A DNA stretch of 64,000 bases from Eledone cirrhosa (GCA_964016885.1 OZ024741.1:271188001-271252000), one strand, 5' to 3'; positions 1 through 14,590 are shown, counted from the stretch's first letter. The notes: generated by a model not told the origin, from the letters alone. Program-made: numbers and translations.

Positions 1-51
1 TAGGTATATATGAAACTCTCTCTTTCTCTCATTCTTAATGTATACACACAA

Positions 52-93
<42 letters not shown>

Positions 94-266
94 GTGTGTA
101 TACATATATTTATATAAAATATTTATGTAAATATATCTATATCTATCTCCCCCAAAAATGCAACGACAAACAACCTTATTAGTTATCTCTCAATGTACAC
201 ACACAGACACACACACATATATATATATGTCTGTGTATATATGTTATATATATATATATATAATTA

Positions 267-977
<711 letters not shown>

Positions 978-983
978 TACTAC

Positions 984-1049
<66 letters not shown>

Positions 1050-1173
1050 GTAGTAGTAGTAACACAACAGTTAGTTCACCATACCGAGTACAATTGTTTC
1101 ACCTTACTACTACCAAACTCGTCCCATGGACTGAGTGCTCCACTACTACGGATATTACCTTCAAGTGTTCTAC

Positions 1174-1264
<91 letters not shown>

Positions 1265-1326
1265 TATATACGCATGTGTATATATAGATGTATTCTGATT
1301 CCTAGAAACCAATCGAGGATATTTAT

Positions 1327-1510
1327 ATAATTGTTTCTACTTTTGGCACAAGGCCAGTAATTACCAGTACATTACTGGTATTATATTTTATCGACCCCGT
1401 AAGGATGAAAGGCAAAGTTAACCTCCACGGGATTTGAACTCAGACCGTAAAGGGACGTAACTATGCTGGAAAGTATGGAGTCCGACTCTTTACCGATACT
1501 GCCGATCAGG
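1327..1510 (-). mobile_element. tRNA-derived SINE, family A (octopus-type, Meta-like central domain)
   Basis: Reverse complement of 4125-4325: ttttatcgaccccgtaaggatgaaaggcaaagttaacctc..gatttgaactcag. Confidence 0.9.
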
Positions 1511-1734
1511 TCCAGGTTTGTCTTTAACCTGATTGTATTTTCGTGGTTGTAGTATCAATGTGGCAACCCCTAGGTCACACCCCTAGCGTATTGTTATTAC
1601 TCTGAGTTATAATTTATCGATTTATCGATATCACCTCATTGAGTGCTTCGTGCCAGCCTCAGAAGATTGATTTCGAAACTGCTAATCGCAACTGCAACTT
1701 CGATATTACTCACCATTATTATTATATCGAACAG

Positions 1735-2275
1735 CTGTTTTCGCGTGTAGAAAGGATTCGGTTTTCGGCCGTGTCCATAGTGAAGATCGACCCGCAGCCT
1801 TCTGTCTGGTGGCAGCTGCGAAAGAGGTTGTATGGTGGACCAGGTTTAAAGGACTGAAGACAGATACTTTTCTCTTCGGCCAATCCCTTATCAACTTCTT
1901 CAAGTTTCACCTGGAAAGGAAGGTGAGGGTGGAGAGAGAAGTGCTGCCCCCCAGTACATTTGCTGAAGGGTGGGTGAATGTAGCGAGAATGGTCCCTGTG
2001 AGTGGGCCTACTCTGACCATGCACCTGTTGGCTGGTGAATTTGAGGAGGAGAGGGGTGCCATCCCCGGGTGCCCTAGAAGCACCGGGTGGTTCAGGATTA
2101 GTGGGGTACCTGAGTTACCCTTGGGTCCTCCACCCCTCTATTGGGGCAGTTATTTTGTTGTGTTTATATATAGTTTATTTTATATTTTCATTGTTAAATT
2201 GGTTTTGCCATTGTGCACTTTTGCTAGAACTTATTGTAAACCCCCACTGTCCGTGTCTTTGAATTGTCCCCTGGG
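1735..2275 (+). mobile_element. L1/Tx1-like LINE 3' fragment (ORF2 C-terminus + 3' UTR)
   Basis: ORF 1809-2330 (KEVVWWTRFKGLKTDTFLFGQSLINFFKFHLERKVRVERE...WVNVARM) is homologous to 28130-28790, which retains an ETVLHAIVHCP zinc-knuckle remnant. Confidence 0.65.
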
Positions 2276-2327
2276 TGAACCTACAGTAACTTCGCGTTAC
2301 ACTCCCTGGATATATATTGTATATATA

Positions 2328-2480
2328 TAGGAAAAGAGTCAAGACCCCGACGGCAGAGTTCAGTTGTTGAGTTCTGCCGTCGGGGTCTTGACTATTTTTC
2401 TATTACCCACTCTACTACCCAAAGTACCGAGTACTCTGGTGCGTTATGGTCCACCTGGTTCCTTACCCACTTTCTTCGTT
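2328..2480. repeat. Fold-back palindrome plus ~80-nt tail (PLE pLTR-like)
   Basis: taggaaaagagtcaagaccccgacggcagag...ttctgccgtcggggtcttgactatttttccta, followed by a tail shared with 27160-27240 (minus) and 63810-63888. Confidence 0.75.
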
Positions 2481-2593
2481 CTATATATATATATACTCAC
2501 CGGCACACACACACACACACACGCACACACACGCACACACACGCACACACACATATACGAGTAAATTATAGTTACTCTTTGTATGTATATACA

Positions 2594-2626
<33 letters not shown>

Positions 2627-2664
2627 ATATATATATGTGTGTGTATATATGTATGTATATGTGT

Positions 2665-2698
<34 letters not shown>

Positions 2699-2728
2699 AT
2701 ACACACACATAAATATATATATATATAA

Positions 2729-2766
<38 letters not shown>

Positions 2767-2771
2767 TATTC

Positions 2772-2827
<56 letters not shown>

Positions 2828-2935
2828 ATTGAAAAAGTGAAGAATAACCTGGTCAACAGTACAAACAAGGAAATTTATTTATAAATAAATTTCCTTGTTT
2901 GTACTGTTGACCAGGTTATTCTTCACTTGTTCAAT
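2828..2935. repeat. Near-perfect 108-bp palindrome adjacent to (TA)n
   Basis: attgaaaaagtgaagaataacctggtcaacagtacaaacaaggaaatttattt / aaataaatttccttgtttgtactgttgaccaggttattcttcacttgttcaat; one arm mismatch seen. Confidence 0.9.
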
Positions 2936-3004
2936 GTTATTACTCCAACATATACTTACATAGGAATACAAGTGAAGTCATATCAGATGAAAGAATGGTA
3001 TTTA

Positions 3005-3200
3005 ACTAATGTATTGGTACGCGATGGGGCCCACCCATAGCCCCGGCGGACAGAGGGGAGAAGGCGTTTCCCCGGAGGACGGCAAAGGAGACGCGCTGGA
3101 AAAGCCACTCCAACTCGCGGGGCTCACACCTGCGGCTAGCCAGCTCAGCGCCTATGGTGGTGAGTAAGGAGGTAGCCCTGGGGCCGAGGACACCGTTATC
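3005..3200 (-). mobile_element. CRE-clade non-LTR retrotransposon 3' fragment (restriction-like endonuclease end)
   Basis: ORF 3006-3251(-): GVLGPRATSLLTTIG..RRCEPRELEWLFQRVSFAVLRGNA matches the CRE-type C-terminal motif GP.A...IG....EPRE..L.QR.S.A..RGNA. Confidence 0.7.
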
Positions 3201-3368
3201 CACGTAAACCTCTTGTTGAGTCATACAACGCCGTACGCTAAAACTATCCATAATAAGAAGTATTCACAACCTCTAATCAGTTTACCTATAACGATATCTT
3301 GTTATCCCCTCTCTCTCTCTATATATATATATATATAAATATATATACATATGTGTATGTTTGTATAA

Positions 3369-3416
<48 letters not shown>

Positions 3417-3422
<6 letters not shown>

Positions 3423-3605
3423 ACACTTTGGGAGGGTCATGTTGCCAATAAGAAACACACGCACCAGTTGCTTTCACTTCAATTTATTATATATTTATAT
3501 ATTTATATATTTATATATTTATATATAATAAACATGACCCTCCCAAAGTGTAACAATATCGGTTTCAACACACGATTTCAGATAAAGAATCTTGCTAAAC
3601 AAATT
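3417..3605. mobile_element. Minimal inverted PLE terminus (same family as 46082-47583)
   Basis: attgttacactttgggagggtcatgtt (3417-3443) is inverted to aacatgaccctcccaaagtgtaacaat (3531-3557). It matches the 3' end of the GIY-YIG element at ~47560-47583. Confidence 0.7.
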
Positions 3606-3611
3606 CAGAAA

Positions 3612-3723
<112 letters not shown>

Positions 3724-3775
3724 GTATATATATATATATATATACGTATATATACGTATATATACGTATATATAT

Positions 3776-3900
3776 ATATGTTGATGCCCTAAGGACAGAC
3801 ACTGGTCTGTTGGAGATGCAGGATATGGCAGCGATAATGAGGGACAGAGACCGCTGGAGAGAATTCGTCCATGGATCTCGGGAATTTTACCCGCCTTAGA
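3776..3900 (+). mobile_element. RTE-group LINE extreme 3' fragment
   Basis: [29 protein letters not shown], then a (TAGA)n tail; near-identical to 19606-19730 on the minus strand. Confidence 0.7.
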
Positions 3901-4124
3901 TAGATAGATAGATATATACAGTTGAAAATTGCAAACTTGACTGTCACCACATATTATGAACCTGAAGATTGCGAAAGCATGAAAGTACATGTTCAATTAA
4001 CACTTAGAATTTAATATTCTATCATACTATTTCATTATAATACCATTATAAATTTTAAAGGATTGTAAATAAAACGAGTAAATCAGACAAAGTTAGAATT
4101 CCTCTTATTATTATATATATATAT

Positions 4125-4325
4125 GGCGGTGGATTGGCGGTGGATTGGCAGTATCGGTAGAGGTTCGGACGCCATGCTTTGACGCATAGAGTTACGGCCC
4201 TTGCCATTCTGAGTTCAAATCCCGCCGAGGTTAACTTTGCCTTTCATCCTTACGGGGTCGATAAAATAAAGTACCAGTAATGTACTGGGTAATTTTCTGG
4301 CCTTGTGCCAATAGTAGAAACAATT
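4125..4325 (+). mobile_element. tRNA-derived SINE, family A (full-length)
   Basis: A-box-like tggcagtatcggtaga, B-box gagttcaaatccc, central gcctttcatccttacggggtcgataaaataaagtaccag, tail ggccttgtgccaatagtagaaacaatt. Confidence 0.9.
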
Positions 4326-4616
4326 ATTATATATATATATATATATATGCATCTATGCATATAGTCATGTAAATATATATTTATGTATACATGCATGTAT
4401 ATATATATAATTTTCATTTAATCATATATTCTAATATGGGTGTACATTGTGTTGTAAACTTCTCTATCTCTAAAAACACCACCTCGTATATAAAGTAAAT
4501 TCACATGAAATTATTTGACACTTTACCGAACTCAACTAAACAGTTCAGAATTATAGGAAAGGTTTCACGGAAAAAAACCCCAACTTCTTTTATATTTATA
4601 TGTATATTTTAAAGCA

Positions 4617-4666
<50 letters not shown>

Positions 4667-4710
4667 AATGTAAGTATGTTTTCATTTTATTACAACTTAT
4701 ATATATGTAA

Positions 4711-4775
<65 letters not shown>

Positions 4776-4952
4776 AGTATATATATATAATAAAGTGTGT
4801 CCATAGAATCATTTGATCAAATATATACACCATCTCCTCTCCCAATCAGCATAATCATCCACACAAAAAACAAATTAATCAAGGCTCTAAGATTAAAATG
4901 CACCTATGAAGAAATAATAGATAAATAAACGATATATATATATATACATATA

Positions 4953-5015
<63 letters not shown>

Positions 5016-5132
5016 TCCAGAATACAGAAGGATCAGGAACTGAGTTTCTTCAACTATTCTTCCATAACTCGTTGTCAACTCTATCCAGTGTAGTAATTAA
5101 CCATTACTCCATCCAGGATATTCCTATACCTA

Positions 5133-5296
<164 letters not shown>

Positions 5297-5383
5297 AATG
5301 AATATCTAGTAACATATAGAAACTAATTAGTTGGAAGTGATATTTTAGTAAGTAAGTTAATTTTATAATTTTCTTATTTTACG

Positions 5384-5442
<59 letters not shown>

Positions 5443-5967
5443 TATATATATATGTATGTATATATATATATATATATATGTGTATATATATATATATACT
5501 TATATATAAGTATATATATATATAAGTATATATATATATATATATAAGTATATATAAGTATATATACTTATATATACTTATATATATATAAGTATATATA
5601 CTTATATATACTTATATATATATAAGTATATATAAGTATGTATATATATATAAGTATATATAAGTATATATATATATATAAGTATATATATATATATAAG
5701 TATGTATATCTACCTGCCTGTCTGTTTATCTATCTACCTATCTACCTATCTATCTATCTACCTATCTATCTACCTATCTATCTGTCTATCTATCTGTCTA
5801 TCTGCCTGTCTGTCTGTCTAACTGTCTCTTTGTCAATCCATCTCTCTCTCTTTCTGTATATATATTATTGATTACCAACTGTAAGGAGTACTCGATACTT
5901 CCCCTAATCTGTCATGGCTTACTAGCTCTATACGCACGTTTAAATAAATGAATAAATAAATATATCA

Positions 5968-6105
5968 ATAATTGTTTCTACTATTGGCACAAGGCCAGAA
6001 AATTACCCAGTACATTACTGGTACTTTATTTTATCGACCCCGTAAGGATGAAAGGCAAAGTTAACCTCGGCGGGATTTGAACTCAGAATGGCAAGGGCCG
6101 TAACT
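5968..6105 (-). mobile_element. SINE family A, 5'-truncated
   Basis: Reverse complement of 4190-4325, essentially identical. Confidence 0.9.
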
Positions 6106-6201
6106 TAAATATATCAATAATAATAATATTTATGAGAGTAAATTTAATTAATTTACTAGGTGTCTTGAACTTTTATTTTTGGTTTTTAAACACATTGTAA
6201 T

Positions 6202-6264
<63 letters not shown>

Positions 6265-6471
6265 GTGAGGTTTTTTTTTTTTTACAAAATGAAAAATAAC
6301 CGAAGTGTCCTACACGAGTGAAAGTATAAAGAAAAATAGATGAAATCGAAAATGCAATTGGAGTCTTATTTTTTAAAAAAATATATATATTTATTTGGTT
6401 TCTTTACCGGTTTCGCAGTTCTTCTGCTTTTTAAAAGGTGAGTTGAGATGGAGGGTCTGTGGTTTTTCTCA

Positions 6472-6542
<71 letters not shown>

Positions 6543-6682
6543 ATTGAAGGGTGAAAGCAGCGATTCTTTGCTTAAACTTTAATCTATTTTAATAAATATT
6601 TGCTCTAGGGTTCTCATATATTTGATATATATTTAACCTTATCGAGCCCATTTGGGATTTTAGTCTTCACATTTATTATTAT

Positions 6683-6798
<116 letters not shown>

Positions 6799-6946
6799 GG
6801 GTATTGAAGTTTCCGTTGAAAATTGAAAAAGTCATAGGAGTGAAGAGTGCTCTATGTAAGTTACAGAGCTAAATTTAATGTATAATAAACAATACAATAT
6901 AATTACCTCATTACCAGAGGTCTCCCGAATAAGACGAATATATATG

Positions 6947-6990
<44 letters not shown>

Positions 6991-6993
6991 ATG

Positions 6994-7256
<263 letters not shown>

Positions 7257-7257
7257 A

Positions 7258-7326
<69 letters not shown>

Positions 7327-7654
7327 GAACATTGAAAACAAAAGACACAGTTTGGTGCTGAATGAGCTCATTGTTTTATGATCATTTCCGAAGGTTGATT
7401 GATTATGACGAATCGATATATTGACTAACTGATAGTGGTTATGAAACCACATTATTAGTTTCGATATTCCTGATTCATCTCACCGTCTGTTTCAGAAACA
7501 ATATATATATGTATATGTGCGTATATATGCATACATAAATATATATATATATATTGGATTTTAGTCTTCAAATTTATTATTATTACTATATATATATATA
7601 TATTTTTTTTTTCAGGGTATGTCAATATTTATTTATAAAACTAATCTATATTAT

Positions 7655-7718
7655 ATTTTATCTGATGAAAGCGCACCATAATCTGCTTTGGTGGCCCTTG
7701 AAATATGTATAATGAAAT
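7655..7718 (+). ncRNA. Type I minimal hammerhead ribozyme motif in PLE-like fragment (7607-7850)
   Basis: attttat-CTGATGA-aag..ctt-GAAA-tatgta-TA-atgaaat; second copy of the 18340-18580 element. Confidence 0.6.
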
Positions 7719-7868
7719 AAATATGGTTTTATAAATATAGTTTCCATTTGTTAATATATTGTATTTACTCCAATAATTTGTTGAGTGCTTTATATCAGTT
7801 ATAAAAATATTTTGCTTGTTGTATCCCAACATATTAAATATAACCTCTACACATATATATATATATAT

Positions 7869-7949
<81 letters not shown>

Positions 7950-8059
7950 ACCGGTACTAGCAGGGAAACCTTATGCTAGTCCCGTTAACCTCTTATTGAA
8001 GATCCGTATAAGGTGAAACAATTGTTCTCGGTATGGTGAACTAACTGTTGTGTTACTAC

Positions 8060-8099
<40 letters not shown>

Positions 8100-8171
8100 T
8101 AATAATAAGGTTCAAGGCAAACAAACTTTGAGGATAGGGAACCTCGGTTACTTCGATTCCTGTACGTTAAA

Positions 8172-8315
8172 GGTACTTTATTTTATCGACCCCGTAAGGA
8201 TGAAAGGTGAAGCTAACCTCGCGTGGGATTTGAACTCAGAATGTAAAGAGCCGTAACTATATGCCGCAAAGCATTTTGTCGGGCACTCTACCGATTACTG
8301 CCAACCCACCGCCCC
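8172..8315 (-). mobile_element. SINE family A-related
   Basis: ggtactttattttatcgaccccgtaaggatgaaagg...gatttgaactcag...ctgccaacccaccgcc. Confidence 0.85.
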
Positions 8316-8398
8316 AACAACAACAGGAGCTTAAAAGTGAAAATATTAAGTTATATTATTAAATTCCTTCAAATTCTTTCTACATTATTTTCAGAATT

Positions 8399-8992
8399 TC
8401 TGGACACAAAACTACGGTAAGAAAAGGGTTCAATTATTGGACACATGTAGCAGTGTATTTCTGTTAGAAATACAGTAATAAACGGGTTAAATTATTGGAC
8501 ACATGTGGCAGAGTATTTCTGTTAGAAATACAGTAATAAACGGGTTAAATTATTGGACACATGTAGCAGTGTATTTCTGTTAGAAATACGGTAAGAAAAG
8601 GGTTAAATTATTGGACACATGTAGCAGTGTATTTCTGTTAGAAATACGGTAAGAAAAGGGTTAAATTATTGGACACATGTAGCAGTGTATTTCTGTTAGA
8701 AATACGGTAAGAAAAGGGTTAAATTATTGGACACATGTAGCAGTGTATTTCTGTTAGAAATACGGTAAGAAAAGGGTTAAATTATTGGACACATGTAGCA
8801 GTGTATTTCTGTTAGAAATACGGTAAGAAAAGGGTTAAATTATTGGACACATGTAGCAGTGTATTTTCTGTTAGAAATACGGTAAGAAAAGGGTTAAATT
8901 ATTGGACACATGTAGCAGTGTATTTCTGTTAGAAATACGGTAAGAAAAGGGTTAAATTATTGGAAACATGTAAACGGTAAGAAAAGGGTTCA
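8399..8992. repeat. ~59-bp minisatellite, about 10 copies
   Basis: Unit ggacacatgtagcagtgtatttctgttagaaatacggtaagaaaagggttaaattatt, containing the hairpin gtatttct-gtt-agaaatac. Confidence 0.95.
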
Positions 8993-9714
8993 ATATATTT
9001 CGAAAGAATAAAGTGTTTAACATACCTTCAGTGATTGGTGTGTGTTGTTTGTATGGATCTGTGTAGGGTGTCTGGTACAGCTGATGTTGCACAGGCATCC
9101 AATGAGAGTATCAGTAGAGAGAGTGAGAGAGAGGGATATCTCAGACGACAGGGGTGGATGGAAGGTAGAATGGGTGGATAGATGGATGGGTGGATGGATG
9201 TATCGAGGGGTGGATGGAGGGATAGGTAACTGGGTGGATGGATGGCTAAGTGGAAGAAGGGATGGGTGGATGGGAGGATAGATGGATGTACGGGTGGATG
9301 GACTGGTGAGGGAATAGCTGGAAGGATGGATAGATGGTTGGGTGGATGGGTTGATGGGTGGTTGTATGGAGGAGCGGGTGCATAGATGGGTAGATGGATG
9401 CGCAAATCCCACCACCACAACCGCCGCCACCGTAGCCAGACCATCCCTCCCACCACCACTATTCCCACCACAATTACCGCTGTAACCAAACCACCGCCAC
9501 CACCACCACCAACATCAAGTTTTGTGCAATCAACGTTAGTCAGTCAGAGAGGGGGGGGGGGGGGGGGCAGAGGGAGCCCCTTATTAAAGCGATTATTCTG
9601 TAACCTATATATACCACGCCTACTAGGAAGTACCAGTAAACACTCAGCCCCACCCTACTACTATCATCTAGCGCCACCCACACCTTCCAATATCTCCCCA
9701 TCTTCATTACAGTA

Positions 9715-10210
9715 CCCCACACCGGACAACACCAGACACCAGACCCCACCAGACCACACCAGACCCCACCAGACACCAGACCACACCAGACCCCACCAGA
9801 CCACACCAGACCCAACCAGACACCAGACCACACCAGATCCCACCAGACACCAGACCACACCAGACCCCACCAGACCACACCAGACCCCACCAGACACCAG
9901 ACAACAGCACACCACCAGACCACACCAGACACCAGACCATACCCTACACCAGACCACCCCAGACACCAGACCACACCAGACCACACCAGACCACGCCAGA
10001 CACCAGACCACACCAGAGCCCACCAGACCACCCCAGACACCAGACCACACCAGACACCAGACCACACCAGACCACACCAGACACCAGACCATACCAGACC
10101 ACATCAGACACCAGACCACACCAGAGCCCACCAGACCACCCCAGACACCAGACCACACCAGACACCAGACCACACCAGACACCAGACCACACCAGACCAC
10201 ACCAGACCAC
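9715..10210. repeat. (CCAGA/CCACA/CA)n compound pentamer satellite
   Basis: Repeated accagaccacaccagac units; source of the spurious PDHTRH ORF. Confidence 0.9.
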
Positions 10211-10369
10211 AGACAAAGGCAGACAAGACGGCGGTGGTGGGGCTAAAGATTTCTTTTTAAAATTTTTTTATCTGTCCATCTTGGACTGAGTTGAGTCTGA
10301 ACTTTCTACAAGTACGACCCCACTATAACACAAACGGGCGCACACACACACACACACATACACACACAC

Positions 10370-12085
10370 ACATTACACAGTACTATAACACACATTACGC
10401 AGTACTATAACACACATTACGCAGTACTATAACACACATTACACAGTACTATAACACACATTACACAGTACTATAACACATATTACACAGTACTATAACA
10501 CATTACACTGTACTATAGCACATTACACAGTACTATAGCACATTACACTGTACTATAACACACATTACACTGTACTATACCACACATTACACTGTACTAT
10601 AACACACATTACACAGTAATATAACACACATTACACAGTACTAAAGCACACATTACACAGTAGTATAGAACATAAAACTACGGTACTATAGTAGTCTTAT
10701 GCGCTATAGCACACCACATTTCACTGTGCTATACTATGCACACATCATATATACACACACTATAGTACACCATAGTACACTACAACAAACCAAACTCTAA
10801 CACACCTCTTCACACCACTCCATCTTATACTACACTATACCACAGTATAGCACACCACACCATGCTATACCACACTATACTATATACACCATACTATACC
10901 ACAGCACGCCACACTATACATTAGACACCATACTATACTACACTAGACAATACTACACTACAGCACAGTACACCACACAGTAATACACTATACTACACTA
11001 CACAATACTACACTACAGCACAGTACACCACACAGTAATACACTATACTACACTACACAATACTACACTACAGCACAGTACACCACACAGTAATACACTA
11101 TACTACACTACACAATACTACACTACAGCACAGTACACCACACAGTAATACACTATACTACACTACACAATACTACACTACAGCACAGTACACCACACAG
11201 TAATACACTATACTACACTACACAATACTACACTACAGCACAGTACACCACACAGTAATACACTATACTACACTACACAATACTACACTACAGCACAGTA
11301 CACCACACAGTAATACACTATACTACACTACACAATACTACACTACAGCACAGTACACCACACAGTAATACACTATACTACACTACACTACACCACACTA
11401 TACTACACCATACTACACCACACCACAGCACACAGTAATACACTATACTACACTATACTACACTACACTACACTATACTACATTATACTATAATACACTA
11501 CACTATACTACACTATACCACACTACATTACACTACACTATACTACACTATACTATACTACACTACACGACACTACACTACACTATACTACACTACACTA
11601 CACTACACTACACTACACTACACTACACTATACTACACTATACTACACTACGCTATACTACACTATACTACACTACACTACACTATACTTCACTATACTA
11701 TACTACACTACACTATACTACACTATACTACACTACACTACACTACACTATACTACACTATACTATACTACACTACATTATACTACACTACACTATACTA
11801 CACTATACTATACTACACTACACTACACTACACTACACTACACCACACTATACTACACCATACTACACCACATCGCAGCACACAGTAATACACTACACTA
11901 CACTATACTACACTACACTATACTACACTACACTACACTATACTACACTATACTATACTTCACTACCCTACACTATACTACACTATACCATATTATACTA
12001 CACTACACTACACCACAGCACCTCAAACAGTAATATACTATACTACACTACACTATACTACACTACACCACAGCACACCACGCCA
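10370..12085. repeat. Compound satellite: 21-23-bp repeat, then 55-bp higher-order repeat of (CACTA)n, then degenerate (CACTA/TACTA)n
   Basis: cacattacacagtactataaca units (10370-10670); cactacagcacagtacaccacacagtaata recurs every 55 bp from 10956 to ~11390. Confidence 0.9.
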
Positions 12086-12134
12086 TAATACATATTACCG
12101 CATCACGACACAACATAGAACAGGTGAGGGCTGC

Positions 12135-12330
12135 CACTATGTGGTCGCTAAAACAACTAGAAATAGCAGCTAAATCACCCTTAATTCACCCCAGCAGACT
12201 TTAAAAAAAGGAAAGGTTCCAGAGTGCATCTAGAATTTCATTGTCCTTAGTGTGAAATTAAGATGGCTAATCATGGCTAAAATATCTTTAATCATAGGTC
12301 TGCCAGGCAGGGTTGACCTGGGGCTAAACG
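12135..12330 (+). mobile_element. SINE 3' portion (third family)
   Basis: ctagaaatagcagctaaatcacccttaa...atcataggtctgc..agggttgacctggggctaaac; related fragments at ~19845-19950(-) and 49820-49857. Confidence 0.6.
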
Positions 12331-12733
12331 AGCACCCCCCCCCCCCCACTACAACAACAACTATCACCAGCAGTTCCATAAAATAGCAGTAGCAGCACCA
12401 ACAGCAACAGTAGCAACACCTCCACCATAACCATACCATCATCATCACTACCACTATCAACTCAATCACCATCACTACCACCACCACCACCACTAACAGC
12501 ACCATCACCATCAACTCTGCCGCCACCACCACCATCATAACTGCAGGTCACAAGATAACAATCTAGTACTGATAGTCTAAATTTGACATAAAAGATGTTA
12601 TCGCTATAATTGGAACGCCTTATACGTATGTCTGCTGAAACATTGTTTCCTTGGTCCTATTGGACCAGTTCCGCCCCCTCCACCCGGAATGTGAATGAGA
12701 TCTGGGGTCTTGTCGGTCAACAAAGAGAGGTGG

Positions 12734-12798
<65 letters not shown>

Positions 12799-12799
<1 letters not shown>

Positions 12800-13080
12800 T
12801 AGCAGAACGGCCCGGCGTTGCTCGGGATTTGCTCTAGGGTTCTTATATATTTGATATATATTTATCCTTATCGAGCCTCATGAAATAAATACGTTTGTTT
12901 ATATTTTGTTATTGTGTATGCAAAAATATCTGTACACGAATATATAATTATATATATTAAAATAACAGATTAAAGTTTAAGTAAAGAATCGCTGCTTTCA
13001 CCCTTAACGGCATCTTCTGAAACTAAAAAAATCAATCTGTGAACACAGAAGTAAATATTTCGAAAAGCGTTACACACTAT
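12799..13080 (+). mobile_element. Non-autonomous Helitron/Helentron-like element end
   Basis: Starts actagcagaacggcccggcgttgctcggg (CTAG plus GC hairpin) directly from (TA)n; internal blocks recur at 6545-6650 and 58210-58350. Confidence 0.5.
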
Positions 13081-13094
13081 ATATATAGGTATAG

Positions 13095-14590
13095 TCAAGG
13101 TGGAGTATCTGCAGATTTCTCATCAGTTCTGCATAAATATTCTCCTTTTCGCTAATCTTTGATATTATATTGGCATCTGCTGGGCAGCTAACTTCCACTA
13201 CTGTGCATGCTTTCTTCTCCCTGTCCCATATCATAATATCTGGTCTGTTATGCCTGCATTTTATTGGGGTTTTTACCAGTACTCTTTCATATTATGTATA
13301 TGTATGTCTTCCACATTGCTGTAGCTTTTAATGTGCTTATTATCGGAACTATCTTTTCTACGGATTGCATTGCACAGTGTTTTGGCCACTACAATGATGT
13401 AGTGGCCTCATAGGTAGATAGTACCTCGATGACATCTTCGATGTTAATTCTGCAGAGTCTGCACTTGTTATCACATCTAGGTGTTTTGCCTGCATCCCTA
13501 TCTCTTTTGTGAATCAGGTATTTCGTGTTGATCTCCTGTTCTTGGATTGCAAAAGCGTATCCTTCAAAGTGGGAGCCAATATAGCGGTTTGGTCCAAGAT
13601 AGACTACTTTCTTTATCTATATTACTCTCACTCTGGAGCTTCCTGGCAACATATCCATGCATGATTTTTTGCTGATAAGCATGCAGTTTTTCATCCATGG
13701 ATTCACTGCGATACTGCTGAGCGACTTCTCTGGGTGTGAGTTTTTGATTATCACACAGGGAATATCTCTCGAGGAGTTCCTTCCTAACTCTCATGATCTT
13801 ATCTGTTTCATGCAAATAGACTTGCTCGAGAAACTGGCTCCTACGCTTCGAGGTTCGTAGATGTTGTCGGAGAGATATGATACGACATTCAAATGTTGTC
13901 TGGACTGATGTTAGGCCTCCCTGCTTACGTTTCAAGTAAAGGCGGTCTATGTCACTGTTGATGTGGAAGTTTCCGGTGTTGTTTAGTATTTTTCGAATTC
14001 TAACATCAATTGCTCGGATTTCGTCTATCGTCCAATTGAGTATTCCAAACGTTGGTGTTAGGACAGGCACAGCAAACACATTGTGAGCCACTGTTTTGTT
14101 GTGCGCAGAGAGTTCCGATGACCATATCTTTCTTAATCGGGTGTAGTATTCCCTGGTTATGCGTGCCTTATTACAGATACCATTATAGGATATGTTCTCA
14201 TCTATCCCCAGGTATCTGTAGCAGTCCTCATCAGATATCAGTTAGGCCATTGTTGCTAGATTGGGTTGTTTTTCCCCGCTTTACAGTCATATATGAGCAT
14301 TTATCTTGGCCAAACTCCATTCCTATATCCTTTGAGATTGTTGTAACCAGGTCAAGATTTTTCTTCATCCCTTCCATGTTCTTGGCATAGAGTTTCAGAT
14401 CATCTACAAAGAAATTATGGGTTAGGTTCGTATTTCTGTCCTGTGAGCCAATGATGTATCCTTCACATTTCTTGAGCAGAAAGGACAAGGGGTTTAATGA
14501 CAGGATGAATAATATCACAGAGAGACTGTGTCCCTGAAATATAGCCCTACGATATTTTATTTTATCAGTGAAAATAGAGTCCTCCTTCTC
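13095..14590 (-). mobile_element. R4/Dong-clade non-LTR retrotransposon, decayed RT + zinc finger + RLE
   Basis: RRAIFQGHSLSVILF, THNFFVDDLKLYAK, DIDRLYLKRKQGG, CRLCR and HNRPDIMIWDREKKACTVVEVSCP motifs across frameshifted ORFs. Confidence 0.85.

Noticed and set aside
3956-3996. Hammerhead-like tgaac-CTGAAGA..GAAA-gtac-at-gttca (similar decayed cases at 14885-14934 and ~36800-36855 minus)
   Set aside because: The NUH triplet or a stem is broken; probably decayed PLE ribozymes, so not listed as features.
8399-8992. Regular repeat with internal palindrome resembling a CRISPR array
   Set aside because: Units are contiguous with no unique spacers, there are no cas genes, and the context is eukaryotic.
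9386-10246. 286-aa ORF with PDHTRHQT repeats
   Set aside because: Arises from a pentamer satellite that is open on both strands; no supporting gene structure.
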